Below, piece by piece: positions 12,314 to 23,528 of a stretch of 64,000 nt of DNA. Source of the DNA: Syntrophomonadaceae bacterium (GTDB lineage Bacteria; Bacillota; Dethiobacteria; DTU022; UBA8154); the NCBI GenBank assembly GCA_003563895.1, contig PWTK01000112.1, positions 158-64,157 of the forward strand. The letters run 5' to 3'. The notes under the pieces are model-generated. The model saw nothing but the letters and a program-made list of their open reading frames with translations, did no database searches and was not told the DNA's origin. The position numbers and the translations under genes were made by a program. Positions within the stretch are counted from its first letter, which is position 1. Each line of letters starts with the position of its first letter.

Positions 12314-12856
12314 TCAAAAAGATTCAGCGATCAGCCGCTGGTAGAGCCGGTGCAGCTGGCCGGTGACGCTGGCATCGAAAACCTTTTCGCCCAGCCGGAT
12401 GACAAAGCCGCCCTTCAGCGCGGGGTCAAGCTGCTCCTCCAGCTCGATCCGCTTCCCCGTGCTTTCCTGGAGCAAAGCAGTGAGCTTCGATTTCTGCTCT
12501 TCTTCCAGGGGCATGGGGGTGACGACCACGGCCGTGGCGATGTTCTTCGCTTTTTTCACCATCGTTCTGAACTCTTCTTCGACCAGGGGCAGCAGGCTGA
12601 ACCTCTTTTTTTCCACCAGGAGCAACAAAAAGTTTTGAAATTGCGGCGCATAATATTCAGAGATTCGCTGGGCCGTCTCTTTTTTCAAGTCCAGCCTGAC
12701 CGGGTAATAGAAAAGAAAGTTTTTGATCTCCTTGTTCTCTTCCAGAAACGCATTCAGGTGATCAAAGTGTTCCTGCGCTTTCTCCAGAGTTTCATCGCTC
12801 GCCAAGGCATTGAACAACGCCTGCGCGTACTTTTTGGCGATCCCTTTCGGCATCAT
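12314..12856 (-). CDS. atpH: F1 ATP synthase delta (OSCP) subunit
   Basis: 180 aa. Position between atpF and atpA, OSCP-like sequence. Confidence 0.9.
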   Translation of the reverse strand: MMPKGIAKKYAQALFNALASDETLEKAQEHFDHLNAFLEENKEIKNFLFYYPVRLDLKKETAQRISEYYAPQFQNFLLLLVEKKRFSLLPLVEEEFRTMVKKAKNIATAVVVTPMPLEEEQKSKLTALLQESTGKRIELEEQLDPALKGGFVIRLGEKVFDASVTGQLHRLYQRLIAESF

Positions 12857-13353
12857 GAGGCGCTTCTCACCTCTTCCAGGTACCGATCAACCAGCTGTTT
12901 TTGAGCCGCCGCGTCAATTTTGGTCTCGATGATCCGCTCGGCGATCCCGACCGAAATAAAGGCCAGTTCGTCTTTCAGCTCCTTGAAGACTTTTTCCTTT
13001 TCGAGCTGCAGCTCTTCTTTGGCCTTGGCGATGAGCTGTTCCCCCTGCTCCTTGGCATCGCGCTTGCCCTGTGCAATGATCTCGTCGCGCTGCCGGGCGG
13101 CCTGGTTGACGATTTCTCGGGCCTCTTGCCTGGCCGCGGCGATTTTTTGTTCGTAATCGCGGCGGAGTTTCTCTGCTTCTTCCCGCTCCCGGGCCGCATT
13201 GTTGATGTTTTCTTCGATGGACTGCTGGCGATTCCTGACGAAATTGCTCAAGGGCTTGTAGAGAAAGCGGCGGATGAGCAGGTAAAGCACGACCATGTTA
13301 AAAACTTGCCACAGCAGGGTGTAGTTTATGGTGATAATGTCTCCATTTTCCAT
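12853..13353 (-). CDS. atpF: Fo ATP synthase b subunit
   Basis: 166 aa. One N-terminal TM then a long charged coiled coil. 4-nt overlap with atpH. Confidence 0.9.
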   Translation of the reverse strand: MENGDIITINYTLLWQVFNMVVLYLLIRRFLYKPLSNFVRNRQQSIEENINNAAREREEAEKLRRDYEQKIAAARQEAREIVNQAARQRDEIIAQGKRDAKEQGEQLIAKAKEELQLEKEKVFKELKDELAFISVGIAERIIETKIDAAAQKQLVDRYLEEVRSAS

Positions 13354-13417
13354 CCCGATCCCCCCTTCCTTCTAAAAAACAACTTCAAGACCGTGGCACA
13401 CGCTGAGCCACCGCTTT

Positions 13418-13693
<276 letters not shown>

Positions 13694-13732
13694 TCATCTC
13701 CTTTAAACAATTTGGTTTTATTTATTCAGAAT

Positions 13733-14344
<612 letters not shown>

Positions 14345-15010
14345 TTATTCCATGGCCAGGGTAATGTAGGTCATGGTCAGCATGACGAAAATAAAGGTCT
14401 GGATAAGGCCGGCAAAAACATCAAAGTACAGGTGGCCGACGAGGGGGAAAAGCATCGGGAGAAACATGTAAATCATGAGCATGATAACCACGCTGCCCAG
14501 CATATTCCCGAAGAGGCGGAAGCTGAGGGAAATGGGCTGGGCCAGTTCGCTGATGAGATTCAGGGGAAACAGAAAGGGAAGGGGTTGGAAAAACCCCTTG
14601 ACATAGCCGAACTTTTTCGCCTTGAAGCCGAAAAACTGGACCATGAAAAAGGTCATCAGCGACAGCGCAAAGGTGGTGTTTAAATCGGCGGTGGGCTGCC
14701 TGACCGCTACCAGGCCGGTCAGGTTGGCCAGGGCCAGGTACAAAGCCAGGGCCAGCATGTACGGGGCAAAATAGCGCTTGTCCCTGCCCATGGTGCTGTC
14801 CCCCAGCCAGTGCACCCCCTCCAGGATCAGCTCCACGATGAGCTGCAAAGCGCCGGGAACCGCCTTCAAACCCCGCACGACGAAAATAGAGAAAGCAACG
14901 AGTATCGCCATGATCGCCCAGGTGGTCACCACGGTGTTGGTGATGATCGGCTGCCCGTCGATGGTGATGTAATTCCTGATGGCCATATCCGTGATATCGA
15001 TTCCGTTCAT
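14345..15010 (-). CDS. atpB: Fo ATP synthase a subunit
   Basis: 221 aa. Conserved stator Arg in SLSFRLFGNMLG. Confidence 0.95.
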   Translation of the reverse strand: MNGIDITDMAIRNYITIDGQPIITNTVVTTWAIMAILVAFSIFVVRGLKAVPGALQLIVELILEGVHWLGDSTMGRDKRYFAPYMLALALYLALANLTGLVAVRQPTADLNTTFALSLMTFFMVQFFGFKAKKFGYVKGFFQPLPFLFPLNLISELAQPISLSFRLFGNMLGSVVIMLMIYMFLPMLFPLVGHLYFDVFAGLIQTFIFVMLTMTYITLAME

Positions 15011-15083
15011 AAGTTACGGCAGAACACCTTTCCCCCCTTCTCATTGAAAAAACGCTTGCTCCTCGCTATGTAAAACTACCCTT

Positions 15084-15473
15084 TCAGGTTTTCCTCGGGT
15101 TGAACCGGCGCCGAAAGATGTCGACGAAATTCCCGCCGAGGATGACCGCCTTGGGGATGAGCAGCCCCACCACCGCCCATACGAAATTCATGTCGGCCCT
15201 CTGTATGGCAATTAGCAGCACAACAAAGAAAAGGGCGTAGCGGATGAAATAATGAGCCGTCACGAAAACGCGGGCCCGGTGGGGGTTCATCTGCACGGAT
15301 TTTTCCAGGGTGGATGCCAGCAAAAAAAAATTCAATGCCGCCATCAGCGTTCCAAAAGTGAGCCCATAAGCCCCGGACAGATCCCATCTGGCCAGCAGAA
15401 ACGCCAATAGGACCGCGTACAGCAGCAAAAACTGCTTCACCAGCTGCACTTTCAGCGATCTCAATTTTTCCAT
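15084..15473 (-). CDS. atpI: ATP synthase protein I
   Basis: 129 aa, 4 TM. Position upstream of atpB. Confidence 0.8.
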   Translation of the reverse strand: MEKLRSLKVQLVKQFLLLYAVLLAFLLARWDLSGAYGLTFGTLMAALNFFLLASTLEKSVQMNPHRARVFVTAHYFIRYALFFVVLLIAIQRADMNFVWAVVGLLIPKAVILGGNFVDIFRRRFNPRKT

Positions 15474-15489
15474 GGCAAACTGCGGATCC

Positions 15490-15687
15490 TCACTTTTTCA
15501 ACAGCATTTTATAGGCCTGCATGCTGCCACCTATCAGGCCCAGCAGCATCCCGCCTATGGTGAGCAGCAAGGGATAACCGATGTAACCGGAGAGAAAGCG
15601 GCCCACCAGGAGGCCTACCAGGGCCGGACCGATAATGACCAGTCCCAGCTGGCCCACCAATGCCAGCGCTCGTAAGTTTTTCCACAT
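15490..15687 (-). CDS. atpZ: AtpZ-like small membrane protein (putative F0F1 accessory subunit)
   Basis: 65 aa, 2 TM. First gene of the operon, as in many Firmicutes. Confidence 0.65.
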   Translation of the reverse strand: MWKNLRALALVGQLGLVIIGPALVGLLVGRFLSGYIGYPLLLTIGGMLLGLIGGSMQAYKMLLKK

Positions 15688-15839
15688 GCTCCCTTTCCTC
15701 TCCCCGGCAGTATGAGCCCAACCCTCTTACACTCGCTCAGCTTACCTCGTTTCTAATTCGTCAACGAACCTGAAAACCCTTTTAAACATTTTTTTAAATT
15801 AAAAAATCCCGGTTGCCGTATTATTAACACCCGCTTACA

Positions 15840-17018
15840 TTACCGCTCAACAATCGTGGCGCAGCCCTGTCCTCCACCGATGCAGAGCGTGGTTAACCCC
15901 AGGGAAGCGTTCTGCCTGAGCATGCCATAGAGCAGTGTCACGAAAATGCGCGCTCCACTTGCCCCGATGGGGTGGCCCAGGGCAATGGCCCCGCCGGTCG
16001 GGTTGGTTTTTTCCGGGTCAAGGTTCAGCTCCCGCATCACGGAGATGGCCTGAGAGGCAAAGGCTTCGTTGGCCTCTACCAGGTCCATGTCTTCTATCGT
16101 AAGGCCCGCCTTCTGCAAAGCCTTGCGTGTGGCCGGGATGGGACCCGTTCCCATGATGCGCGGCTCTACCGCGGCAGAGGCATAGCTGCGAATGGCCGCC
16201 AGGGGCTTCAATCCTAACTCGCCGGCCTTTTCTTCCGACATTAAGACAACCGCCGCTGCACCGTCGTTGATCCCCGATGCGTTGCCGGCCGTGACGGTGC
16301 CGTCTTTCTTAAAGGCCGGCCGCAGCTTCTGCAGTGCTTCCAGGGTGGTGCCTCGCCTGGGATGTTCATCGGTGTCGAAAACGATGGGATCGCCCTTGCG
16401 CTGGGGGATGTTGACGGGGACGATTTCCTCCTTGAAAAGACCCTCATCGATGGCTTTAATGGCCCTTTCCTGGCTGGTCAGGGCAAACCGGTCCTGCTCT
16501 TCCCGGCTGATGCCGAAATCGGCAGCGATGTTTTCTGCCGTTATCCCCATATGGGTATCTCCAAAGGCGCACCAGAGGCCGTCTTTTATCATGCTGTCCA
16601 CCAACTGCGTGTCGCCCATCCTGCCGCCCCAACGGGCCGCCTCTGTCAGGTAAGGTGCCCTGCCCATGTTTTCCATCCCGCCGGCCACCACCACATCCGC
16701 ATCCCCCAGCATGATGGCCTGCACGCCCAGGTTGATCGCTTTCAGCCCTGAAGCGCAAACCTTGTTCACGGTATAAGCGGGAACAGTTACGTCCAGCCCT
16801 GCCTTTAAGGTAGATTGGCGGGCCGGATTCTGACCCAAACCCGCTTGCAGCACATTCCCCAGGATGACTTCCTCCACCAGGTCTTTGGAAACCCCCGCCC
16901 TGTCCAGCGCTTCCTTGACAACAATTGCTCCCAGTTCCGTAACCGGCACAGCATTCAGGGTTCCTCCAAAAGTGCCTACCGCGGTGCGAACAGCCGATAC
17001 AACTACTGCTTTTTTCAC
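15840..17018 (-). CDS. Acetyl-CoA C-acetyltransferase (thiolase)
   Basis: Active-site [11 protein letters not shown] and C-terminal CIGGGQG. I prefer the GTG start at 17018, 7 nt after GGGAGGG; the ORF track starts at 17036. Confidence 0.95.
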   Translation of the reverse strand: MKKAVVVSAVRTAVGTFGGTLNAVPVTELGAIVVKEALDRAGVSKDLVEEVILGNVLQAGLGQNPARQSTLKAGLDVTVPAYTVNKVCASGLKAINLGVQAIMLGDADVVVAGGMENMGRAPYLTEAARWGGRMGDTQLVDSMIKDGLWCAFGDTHMGITAENIAADFGISREEQDRFALTSQERAIKAIDEGLFKEEIVPVNIPQRKGDPIVFDTDEHPRRGTTLEALQKLRPAFKKDGTVTAGNASGINDGAAAVVLMSEEKAGELGLKPLAAIRSYASAAVEPRIMGTGPIPATRKALQKAGLTIEDMDLVEANEAFASQAISVMRELNLDPEKTNPTGGAIALGHPIGASGARIFVTLLYGMLRQNASLGLTTLCIGGGQGCATIVER

Positions 17019-17064
17019 AATACAGCCCTCCCGCAACTTTTTTTAAAAGCTCATTTTAAAAGAT

Positions 17065-17185
17065 GCATTGTTGACAGCGCAATTGCTTTCAAATGCTTTT
17101 TTCTTGTTTCATTTCTTTTCTCATTTAAAATTCGGGTGGATAAAAGCTGTTTTCGCTGAACATCAACACTTGAATTAAAATGAGC
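17065..17185 (+). repeat. Family-A interspersed repeat (about 120 bp)
   Basis: Aligns to 41816-41932 (TTGACAGC...CAAATGCTTTTTTCTTGTTTCATTTCTTT...ATTCGGGNGGATAAAAGCTGTTTTCGCTGAACATCAACACTTGAATTAAAATGAG). Imperfect 9-bp terminal inverted repeat. Confidence 0.8.
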
Positions 17186-17575
17186 TTAATTAATGTTCCA
17201 GCCCGTGCTCCCCGCAAATAATCGGGACAGCACGGCCGGGTCTTCAATTCCATTCCTTAACCTTTTGAAATGCTCCCTCCCGGGCCGGCCCTGGGGGGCG
17301 CGGCCTTGAGGCCGGGTCGGCATCGCCCTGGGCGGACGCCCTTGCCGCCGTTCGGCGGCGCTGTTACCGGGGCAGGGTCCGCCGGACCACCCCTTCCTCC
17401 CTATGCGCGCCGGGCCTTTCAACCGCCCGAGAAGCACACCGTGGAGCCCGTGTTTTTCGCCGACAGGCTGGCGCTGGTGCCCTCGCTTATCCCCCCTTTT
17501 TGCGGAAACGCGGCAGTGCACCCGCCTTTGGCCAGGGCGCCGTTCTCCGCCGCTCCATCCCTTCGGCTGCCCGGG

Positions 17576-18046
17576 CTATTTTCCAAAACCCGTCCCTTCC
17601 TGCTCTTCTTTCAGTCCGACCACCGGCACCCCTCCGCTTTCAAAAAACTGGCGCGCCAACTCGTCGGGATAATCCTGCTGCAGCACAATTTTTTTCACGC
17701 CCGCGTTTACCAGCATGCGGGCACAGAGAGAACAGGGATGGTGGGTACAGTATAGAATAGCCCCCTGAATGGATATGCCGTGCAGGGCTGCCTGGATGAT
17801 GGCATTTTGCTCCGCATGCAGGCCGCGGCACAGCTCGTGGCGCTCGCCCGACGGTATTTTTTTCTCCTCGCGCAGGCACCCCGTCTCCAGGCAGTGAGGA
17901 AGCCCGCTCGGAGCCCCGTTATACCCGGTGGTGAGGAGTCTTTTCTCCTTGACCAGCACCGCGCCTACCTTTCTCCGCAGACAGGTCGAACGCCCCGCCA
18001 CCACGGCTGCAATTTCCATAAAATAGCTGTCCCAGGAAGGCCTCAC
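17576..18046 (-). CDS. comEB: dCMP deaminase (ComEB family)
   Basis: Zinc motifs HAEQNA and PCSLCA. The N-terminal 58 aa of the 214-aa ORF look non-coding, so I propose the GTG at 18046. The start is uncertain. Confidence 0.85.
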   Translation of the reverse strand: MRPSWDSYFMEIAAVVAGRSTCLRRKVGAVLVKEKRLLTTGYNGAPSGLPHCLETGCLREEKKIPSGERHELCRGLHAEQNAIIQAALHGISIQGAILYCTHHPCSLCARMLVNAGVKKIVLQQDYPDELARQFFESGGVPVVGLKEEQEGTGFGK

Positions 18047-18216
18047 TGCACACCCACATCCCCGTCGCCCGGCAAAAAAGAGATGCCGGCAAAAATTTTC
18101 TAGAAGCGCAGCGCCGCCCGAGAACCTGCCAGCATGATTTGCTCCCCGGGCATTGGCGAGCCGGTTTTGCGTCACAAAAGGAAGCGGTTCACCTGGCGCT
18201 GAACCCCGGCCTCCGA

Positions 18217-18855
18217 TCAATCCGTCCCATAAAGCCTGTCGCCGGCATCCCCGAGCCCGGGCACAATAAAGGCGTCGGCGTTGAGTTGTTTGTCAATGTC
18301 TCCCAGGTACACTTCCACATCCGGGTGCATTTCGCACAACGCATCGATTCCCTCCCGGGCACCGATAAGGGTGATATACTTCACCCGGGGCGCCCCCCGC
18401 TCTTTCAAGGAGTTCACCGCGGCGATGGCCGTCCCACCGGTAGCGATCATGACATCCAGTATGAAGCACTCCCTCTGGTCCACGTCCGAAGGGAATTTGC
18501 GGAAGTACTCCACGGGAGAGAGGGTCAGTGGATCGCGGAAAAATCCCAGGTGCCCCACCTTGGCCATGGGCACCATGCGCAGCGCGGCATTCAACATGAC
18601 CAGGCCTGAACGCAGAATCGGGATAAAAAGGACATTGGTGTCGGAGAGCACCTTCCCCTTCCCCAGGCTGACCGGGGTCCTTACCTCGACGGTGGTCAGT
18701 TTAAAAGAGCGCGTGGCCTCGTAGAGGAGGAGGATGGTGATCTCCTCCACGATGCTTCGGAACTCCTTGGTAATGGTTTTTTCCTGCCTGCAGTACGTCA
18801 GCTTGTGCTGCACCAGGGGGTGCTGGATTTGAAAAACATTTTTCATTGCCGGCAT
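18217..18855 (-). CDS. upp: Uracil phosphoribosyltransferase
   Basis: 212 aa with a PRPP-binding loop ([11 protein letters not shown]); full-length match to the Upp family. Confidence 0.97.
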   Translation of the reverse strand: MPAMKNVFQIQHPLVQHKLTYCRQEKTITKEFRSIVEEITILLLYEATRSFKLTTVEVRTPVSLGKGKVLSDTNVLFIPILRSGLVMLNAALRMVPMAKVGHLGFFRDPLTLSPVEYFRKFPSDVDQRECFILDVMIATGGTAIAAVNSLKERGAPRVKYITLIGAREGIDALCEMHPDVEVYLGDIDKQLNADAFIVPGLGDAGDRLYGTD

Positions 18856-18880
18856 TCACCGCCTTTGCTGAAATGAAAAA

Positions 18881-20143
18881 TCAGTCTGCAGCGCCCTCGT
18901 AAAGAGGGAATTCCACGCAGAGCTCCTTAACCTCTTTTTTCACACCGGCCAATTCCTCGGGATCGTTTTTCCTCTCGATCGCCCGGTTGATCAGACCGGC
19001 TATGACCTTCATTTCATTTTCTTTCATCCCACGCGAAGTCAAGGCCGGCGTTCCCAGCCTGATGCCGCTGGTAACCAGCGGGCTGTTGGGATCATAGGGG
19101 ATGGCGTTCTTGTTCACGGTAATGCCCAGTTCGTCCAGCAAATTTTCAGCGTCCCTGCCGCTGATGTTTTTGCTCCGCAAATCCAGCAAAAGAAGGTGAT
19201 TGTCGGTCCCCCCCGAAACCAGGTCAAAGCCCATCTGCCGGAGGCTTTCGGCCAGCACACGGGCATTCCGGACCACCTGAAGTTGATAATCCCTAAACCC
19301 TTTATCGGCGGCCTCCTTGAAGGAAATCGCCTTCGCCGCAATGACATGCATCAGGGGGCCGCCCTGCAGGCCGGGGAAAACGGCCTTATCGACGGCCCTG
19401 GCGTATTCCCGGCGGCAGAGGATCAACCCGCCCCGGGGGCCCCTTAAGGTCTTGTGCGTGGTGCTGGTAATGAATTCGGCATGGGGCACAGGCGAAGGGT
19501 GCACCTCCGCCGCCACCAGCCCGGCGATGTGGGCCATATCGACCATCAGGGCCGCACCAACCTCCCTGGCAATGGAGGCGAAAGAGGCAAAATCGATGGT
19601 CCGCGGGTAAGCGCTGGCGCCGGCCACGATCAGCCTGGGCCTGATTTGCAGCGCAATTTTCCTGACCTCATCCATATCGATGTAGCCGCTGGCGGGATCC
19701 ACGCCGTAGCTGTGAAAATTGAAATACATCCCGGAAATGTTCACGGGGCTTCCGTGGGTCAGGTGCCCCCCGTGGGCCAGGTCCATGCCCAGGACCACAT
19801 CTCCCAGCTGCAGAAAGGCCAGGTAAACGGCTAGGTTGGCCACCGCCCCGGCATGGGGCTGGACATTGGCATGCTCGGCGTCGAACAGCTCCTGCGCCCT
19901 CGAGCGTGCCAGTTCCTCCACCACATCCACGTACTTGCAGCCGCCGTAAAACCGCTGCCCCGGGTACCCCTCGGCATACTTGTTGGTCAGCACCGAACCC
20001 TGGGCGTGGAGGACGGCTTCGCTGGTGAAATTTTCCGAGGCGATCATTTCCAGTTTCTGCTGCTGCCTGCGTTTTTCATTCTCTATTGCTTCCGCAATTT
20101 CCGGATCAATGCGGCGGAGCAGCTCGTTTTCCCTAACCGGCAT
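18881..20143 (-). CDS. glyA: Serine hydroxymethyltransferase
   Basis: 420 aa, PLP-Lys motif [14 protein letters not shown]. Confidence 0.98.
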   Translation of the reverse strand: MPVRENELLRRIDPEIAEAIENEKRRQQQKLEMIASENFTSEAVLHAQGSVLTNKYAEGYPGQRFYGGCKYVDVVEELARSRAQELFDAEHANVQPHAGAVANLAVYLAFLQLGDVVLGMDLAHGGHLTHGSPVNISGMYFNFHSYGVDPASGYIDMDEVRKIALQIRPRLIVAGASAYPRTIDFASFASIAREVGAALMVDMAHIAGLVAAEVHPSPVPHAEFITSTTHKTLRGPRGGLILCRREYARAVDKAVFPGLQGGPLMHVIAAKAISFKEAADKGFRDYQLQVVRNARVLAESLRQMGFDLVSGGTDNHLLLLDLRSKNISGRDAENLLDELGITVNKNAIPYDPNSPLVTSGIRLGTPALTSRGMKENEMKVIAGLINRAIERKNDPEELAGVKKEVKELCVEFPLYEGAAD

Positions 20144-20232
20144 ACCCCGGCCCGGCCTCCATGGACCCGGGCCTGCACCACCTTTCTGTATAAAATGAAG
20201 TATACGAGGACTATCGGAACATGTGGCCCTTA

Positions 20233-20700
20233 TCAGGGAGATATTTTTGTGCCGTTTCTTTCTTCCTCCATCTTTTTGATTTTTTCAAGCCGCTTGCTGT
20301 GCCGGCCTCCCTCAAAGGGAACGGTCAGAAAAACCTCAACGACCTCCCGGGCAAGCCCTTCCCCGATCACCCTCGCCCCGAGGGCCAGGATGTTGGCGTC
20401 GTTGTGGGCACGCGCACAGGCCGCCGAAAAAGTGTCGTGGCAGAGAGCAGCCCGTATCCCTTTCAGCTTGTTGGCGGCGATGGCTGTCCCGATGCCGGTG
20501 CCGCAAACGATGATTCCGCAATCGAATCGGCCTTCCTGGACGGCCCGCGCCGCCTTCAGGGCAAAGTCCGGGTAGTCCACCGCCTCCTTATCATCAAAAG
20601 CTCCGCAGTCTTCGACCTGGAAGCCTTTTTTTTGGAGATGTTTTCTGAGGAGTTCCTTGAGCAAAAACCCGGCGTGGTCCGAAGCCAGAACGATTCTCAT
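20233..20700 (-). CDS. rpiB: Ribose-5-phosphate isomerase B
   Basis: 155 aa, [12 protein letters not shown]...[10 protein letters not shown] (RpiB/LacAB family). Confidence 0.95.
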   Translation of the reverse strand: MRIVLASDHAGFLLKELLRKHLQKKGFQVEDCGAFDDKEAVDYPDFALKAARAVQEGRFDCGIIVCGTGIGTAIAANKLKGIRAALCHDTFSAACARAHNDANILALGARVIGEGLAREVVEVFLTVPFEGGRHSKRLEKIKKMEEERNGTKISP

Positions 20701-20774
20701 CCCTTGATTCCTCGCTTTGCGTTGTTATTAAATAATTCGCTTTTTTCGAAAGTTCTCCTGCTGCTTTCCCCCAT

Positions 20775-21266
20775 TCATGCAAGTGAATCTTTTAACTTGG
20801 GGATCGCCTGGCGCAATTTCATTTTTATTGTTTGGGCCGTTTCCCGGTACTTTTCCAGCCCGGCGCCATAAGGATCGGGGACATCGTCTCCATCATTCCC
20901 GCAATATTCACCCAGCGTCCATGTTTTGCCCGCCGCTTCCGGATAGCGGAGTAAAATGAGGCGTCTTTGTTCTCCGGTCATGGTCAAAATAACCGCGGCT
21001 TCCTGGATGAGATCCTTTTTGATCGTTTGCGCCCGGTGATAGGGGAGTTTCGCCCCTTCTTCTGCCAGTACCGTTAACGCGTTCTTTGAGGCGGGCATCT
21101 CCTCCACCGCGTCCGTACCGGCCGATGCTGCCTCTACTCGGGGGTTCCTTTGGTTCTCTTCCGCACCGCCCATTTCACGCCACATTTTTTGGAACAGCCC
21201 CTGGGCCATTACACTGCGGCACGTGTTTCCGCTGCAGACAAACAGGATTCGCAGCTGCTCCCTCAT
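20775..21266 (-). CDS. ywlE: Low-molecular-weight protein arginine/tyrosine phosphatase (YwlE-like)
   Basis: CSGNTCRS P-loop (C-x5-R-S). The ATG at 21266 (MREQLRILFVCSGN) avoids overlap with tsaC; the ORF track starts at 21473. Confidence 0.85.
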   Translation of the reverse strand: MREQLRILFVCSGNTCRSVMAQGLFQKMWREMGGAEENQRNPRVEAASAGTDAVEEMPASKNALTVLAEEGAKLPYHRAQTIKKDLIQEAAVILTMTGEQRRLILLRYPEAAGKTWTLGEYCGNDGDDVPDPYGAGLEKYRETAQTIKMKLRQAIPKLKDSLA

Positions 21267-21454
21267 CCAGCTCACCTCCTCGCCGGTTTTTGCTTGTCGC
21301 TTCGTCAGCGCGAAGAAGCAGGCACCGCGGCAGGCCGGGCCGGGATTTGCAAAAAGGGAAAACGGCCCGGCCACCTTCGCCGAGGCAGGCGCGGGAATTA
21401 TCCCCTCCCGGGGAAAGGCTCCGGGAAAACGGCACCGTTTCGCAGGAAACCCCT

Positions 21455-22570
21455 TTATCCCTCCGCATCCCATCGGAGGATCCCGCTGGCGGCTTTACGC
21501 AGCCTGTTCATGATGGCTTTCCCTATTTCGCGGTCATCAAACCCTTCGGCCACGATGGCTTCAACGCCCTGGGCATCCAACCCCCGCAGAGCGCCAAAAA
21601 GTCGCTCTGCCAGGCGCTCCGGCTCTGCCCGGGAACCCAGCACGACAATGCACGTGCCGGCATCTTCCAAAAGAGCAGGGGGCAGCGTTTCATACATTTC
21701 CCGGGAAATAAGCAAGCCCAATTTTTTGCCCTGCCCCAAAAAACTTTCGCCCAGCGCTGCGATTTGCTGCCGCTGGTATTCCTCTTTCCCCTCCACCAAA
21801 AGGAGCGGGGACCGGGTTGCGTAGTGCCTGTATTTCATCCCCGGGGAAAGGGGGGCATCAATCGCATCCCCCGTTCCTGCAGGCCCTTTTCCCTCCGCCG
21901 TGGCATCCAGGACTTCCGCTTTCAGTTCCGCGCGCAGCGCTTCAAGGGTTACGCCTCCGGGGCGAAGCAAAACGGGGGGCTCGGAAAGCAGGCTCAAAAC
22001 GGTGGACTCCAAACCCAGCGGGCAGGGCCCGCCGTCCAGTACGGCATCGATTTTCCCTGCCATATCGTCCAAAACGTGGGCGGCCCTGGTGGGGCTGGGG
22101 CGGCCGGACAGGTTGGCGCTGGGCGCGGCCACGGGCACCCCTGCCGCTTTGATCAGCTCCAGGGCCAGCGGATGCGCCGGCACGCGCACGGCCACGGAAG
22201 AGAGGCCGGCCGTTGTGATATACGGGACCACCTTTTTTTTGGGCAGCACCAGCGTCAGGGGGCCCGGCCAAAAGCGGCGCGCCAGTATTTCGAAGCTGGG
22301 CGGGGCTCCGCTCACAACCCGTTTCACCTCTTCCGGCCCGGCCAGATGCACAATGAGGGGGTTATCAGGAGGTCTGCCCTTGGCCTGAAAGATTTTTCCT
22401 ACGGCCCCGGGGTTTAACGCATCCGCTCCCAGCCCATAAACGGTTTCCGTGGGGAAAGCCACCAGTCCACCTCTTCGCAAAATACCCGCCGCACAGGAAA
22501 GGGCTTGCTTTTCCCTTCCCGCTTCCAGCGCGTTGAGGAGTTTTGTTCCCGAAATCGTTTTCCAGACCAC
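21455..22570 (-). CDS. tsaC: L-threonylcarbamoyladenylate synthase (TsaC/Sua5 long form)
   Basis: 371 aa. GGLVAFPTETVYGLGADA YrdC domain plus Sua5 C-terminal domain. Confidence 0.9.
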   Translation of the reverse strand: MVWKTISGTKLLNALEAGREKQALSCAAGILRRGGLVAFPTETVYGLGADALNPGAVGKIFQAKGRPPDNPLIVHLAGPEEVKRVVSGAPPSFEILARRFWPGPLTLVLPKKKVVPYITTAGLSSVAVRVPAHPLALELIKAAGVPVAAPSANLSGRPSPTRAAHVLDDMAGKIDAVLDGGPCPLGLESTVLSLLSEPPVLLRPGGVTLEALRAELKAEVLDATAEGKGPAGTGDAIDAPLSPGMKYRHYATRSPLLLVEGKEEYQRQQIAALGESFLGQGKKLGLLISREMYETLPPALLEDAGTCIVVLGSRAEPERLAERLFGALRGLDAQGVEAIVAEGFDDREIGKAIMNRLRKAASGILRWDAEG

Positions 22571-22699
22571 CGCTTGTTCAGCCTCCCGTTTTCTGCCACA
22601 AGTATATCATACTTCTTCTGTTCCCCCCAAACCTCCTGCGAAAGCGGGCATCAATGCGGCCGGCTTTTCAGGAATTGATCGTTTCACCTTTTTTGATAT

Positions 22700-22708
22700 C
22701 TGGTATAA
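22700..22708 (+). promoter_or_regulatory. Extended -10 box (TGGTATAAT) upstream of larB
   Basis: TGGTATAAT lies 38 nt before the larB ATG. The -35 is weak. Confidence 0.45.
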
Positions 22709-22745
22709 TAAGAAAAACACTGCCGCACTCGAAAGGAGAGGAACC

Positions 22746-23528
22746 ATGCATCAGCATACCCTCCGCCGGCTGCTGGAAGAGCTCCGCCAGGGGAACCTTT
22801 CGGTGGAAAAAGCGCTGGAACACCTGCGGAACCTGCCCTATGAAGACCTGGGGTTTGCCAAGGTAGATCACCACCGCCCGCTGCGCAAGGGATTCCCCGA
22901 AGTGATCTACTGCCCCGGCAAAACGACGGCACAGGTTTTAAGAATCATGGAGGAACTCGTTTCCTATCCGGGAAATATCCTGGCCACCCGGGCCGAAGAA
23001 GCGCTTTTTGCAGAAGTGTCAAAAATATTCCCGGAAGCCCGCTACAACCCTCTTTCCCGCAGCATTGCCATCTGCAGGGACGACCGGATCTACGGATACG
23101 GCACCATCCTGGTGATTTCCGCAGGGACCTCAGACATCCCGGTAGCGGAGGAAGCCTATGTCACCTGCGAGATCATGGGCAACAGGGTGGAAAAAATTTA
23201 TGATGTAGGCGTAGCCGGCATCCACCGTCTGCTGAGCCATGCGGACAAAATTCACTAGGCCAGCGCCATTATCTGTGTGGCCGGCATGGAAGGCGCCCTG
23301 CCCAGCGTGGTGGGAGGGCTTGCGGGATGCCCCATCATCGCAGTCCCTACCAGTATCGGCTATGGGGCTCACCTGGAGGGGATCGCCCCGCTGTTGACCA
23401 TGCTTAACAGTTGTGCCGCGGGGGTTTCCGTGGTCAACATCGACAACGGTTTCGGGGCTGGGTACAGCGCCGCCCTCATCAACCGGGCCCACAGCTGTCC
23501 CCAATGTGGAGGTGAACAGGGCGCATGA
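22746..23528 (+). pseudogene. larB: LarB (nickel-pincer cofactor carboxylase/hydrolase) interrupted by one in-frame TAG at 23256-23258
   Basis: ATG at 22746 after AAAGGAGAGG. GFPEVIYCPGKT and SAGTSDIPVAEEA lie before the TAG; [13 protein letters not shown] and NIDNGFGAG lie after it in the same frame (23277-23256 = 21 nt). Confidence 0.8.

Noticed and set aside
17186-17575. 390-nt GC-rich stretch between comEB and repeat A with overlapping 89-161-aa ORFs on both strands.
   Set aside because: All the ORFs are Arg/Pro/Gly-rich without motifs or RBS. No convincing structure or repeat was found apart from one GCCGCC-GTTC-GGCGGC hairpin. It may be a decayed gene, but nothing supports a call.
23256-23258. 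The in-frame TAG in larB read as evidence of genome-wide pyrrolysine or amber reassignment.
   Set aside because: metX (stop at 42254-42256) uses TAG as an ordinary terminator, and no pyl genes are in the window. Only a local event can be proposed: mutation, sequencing error or read-through.
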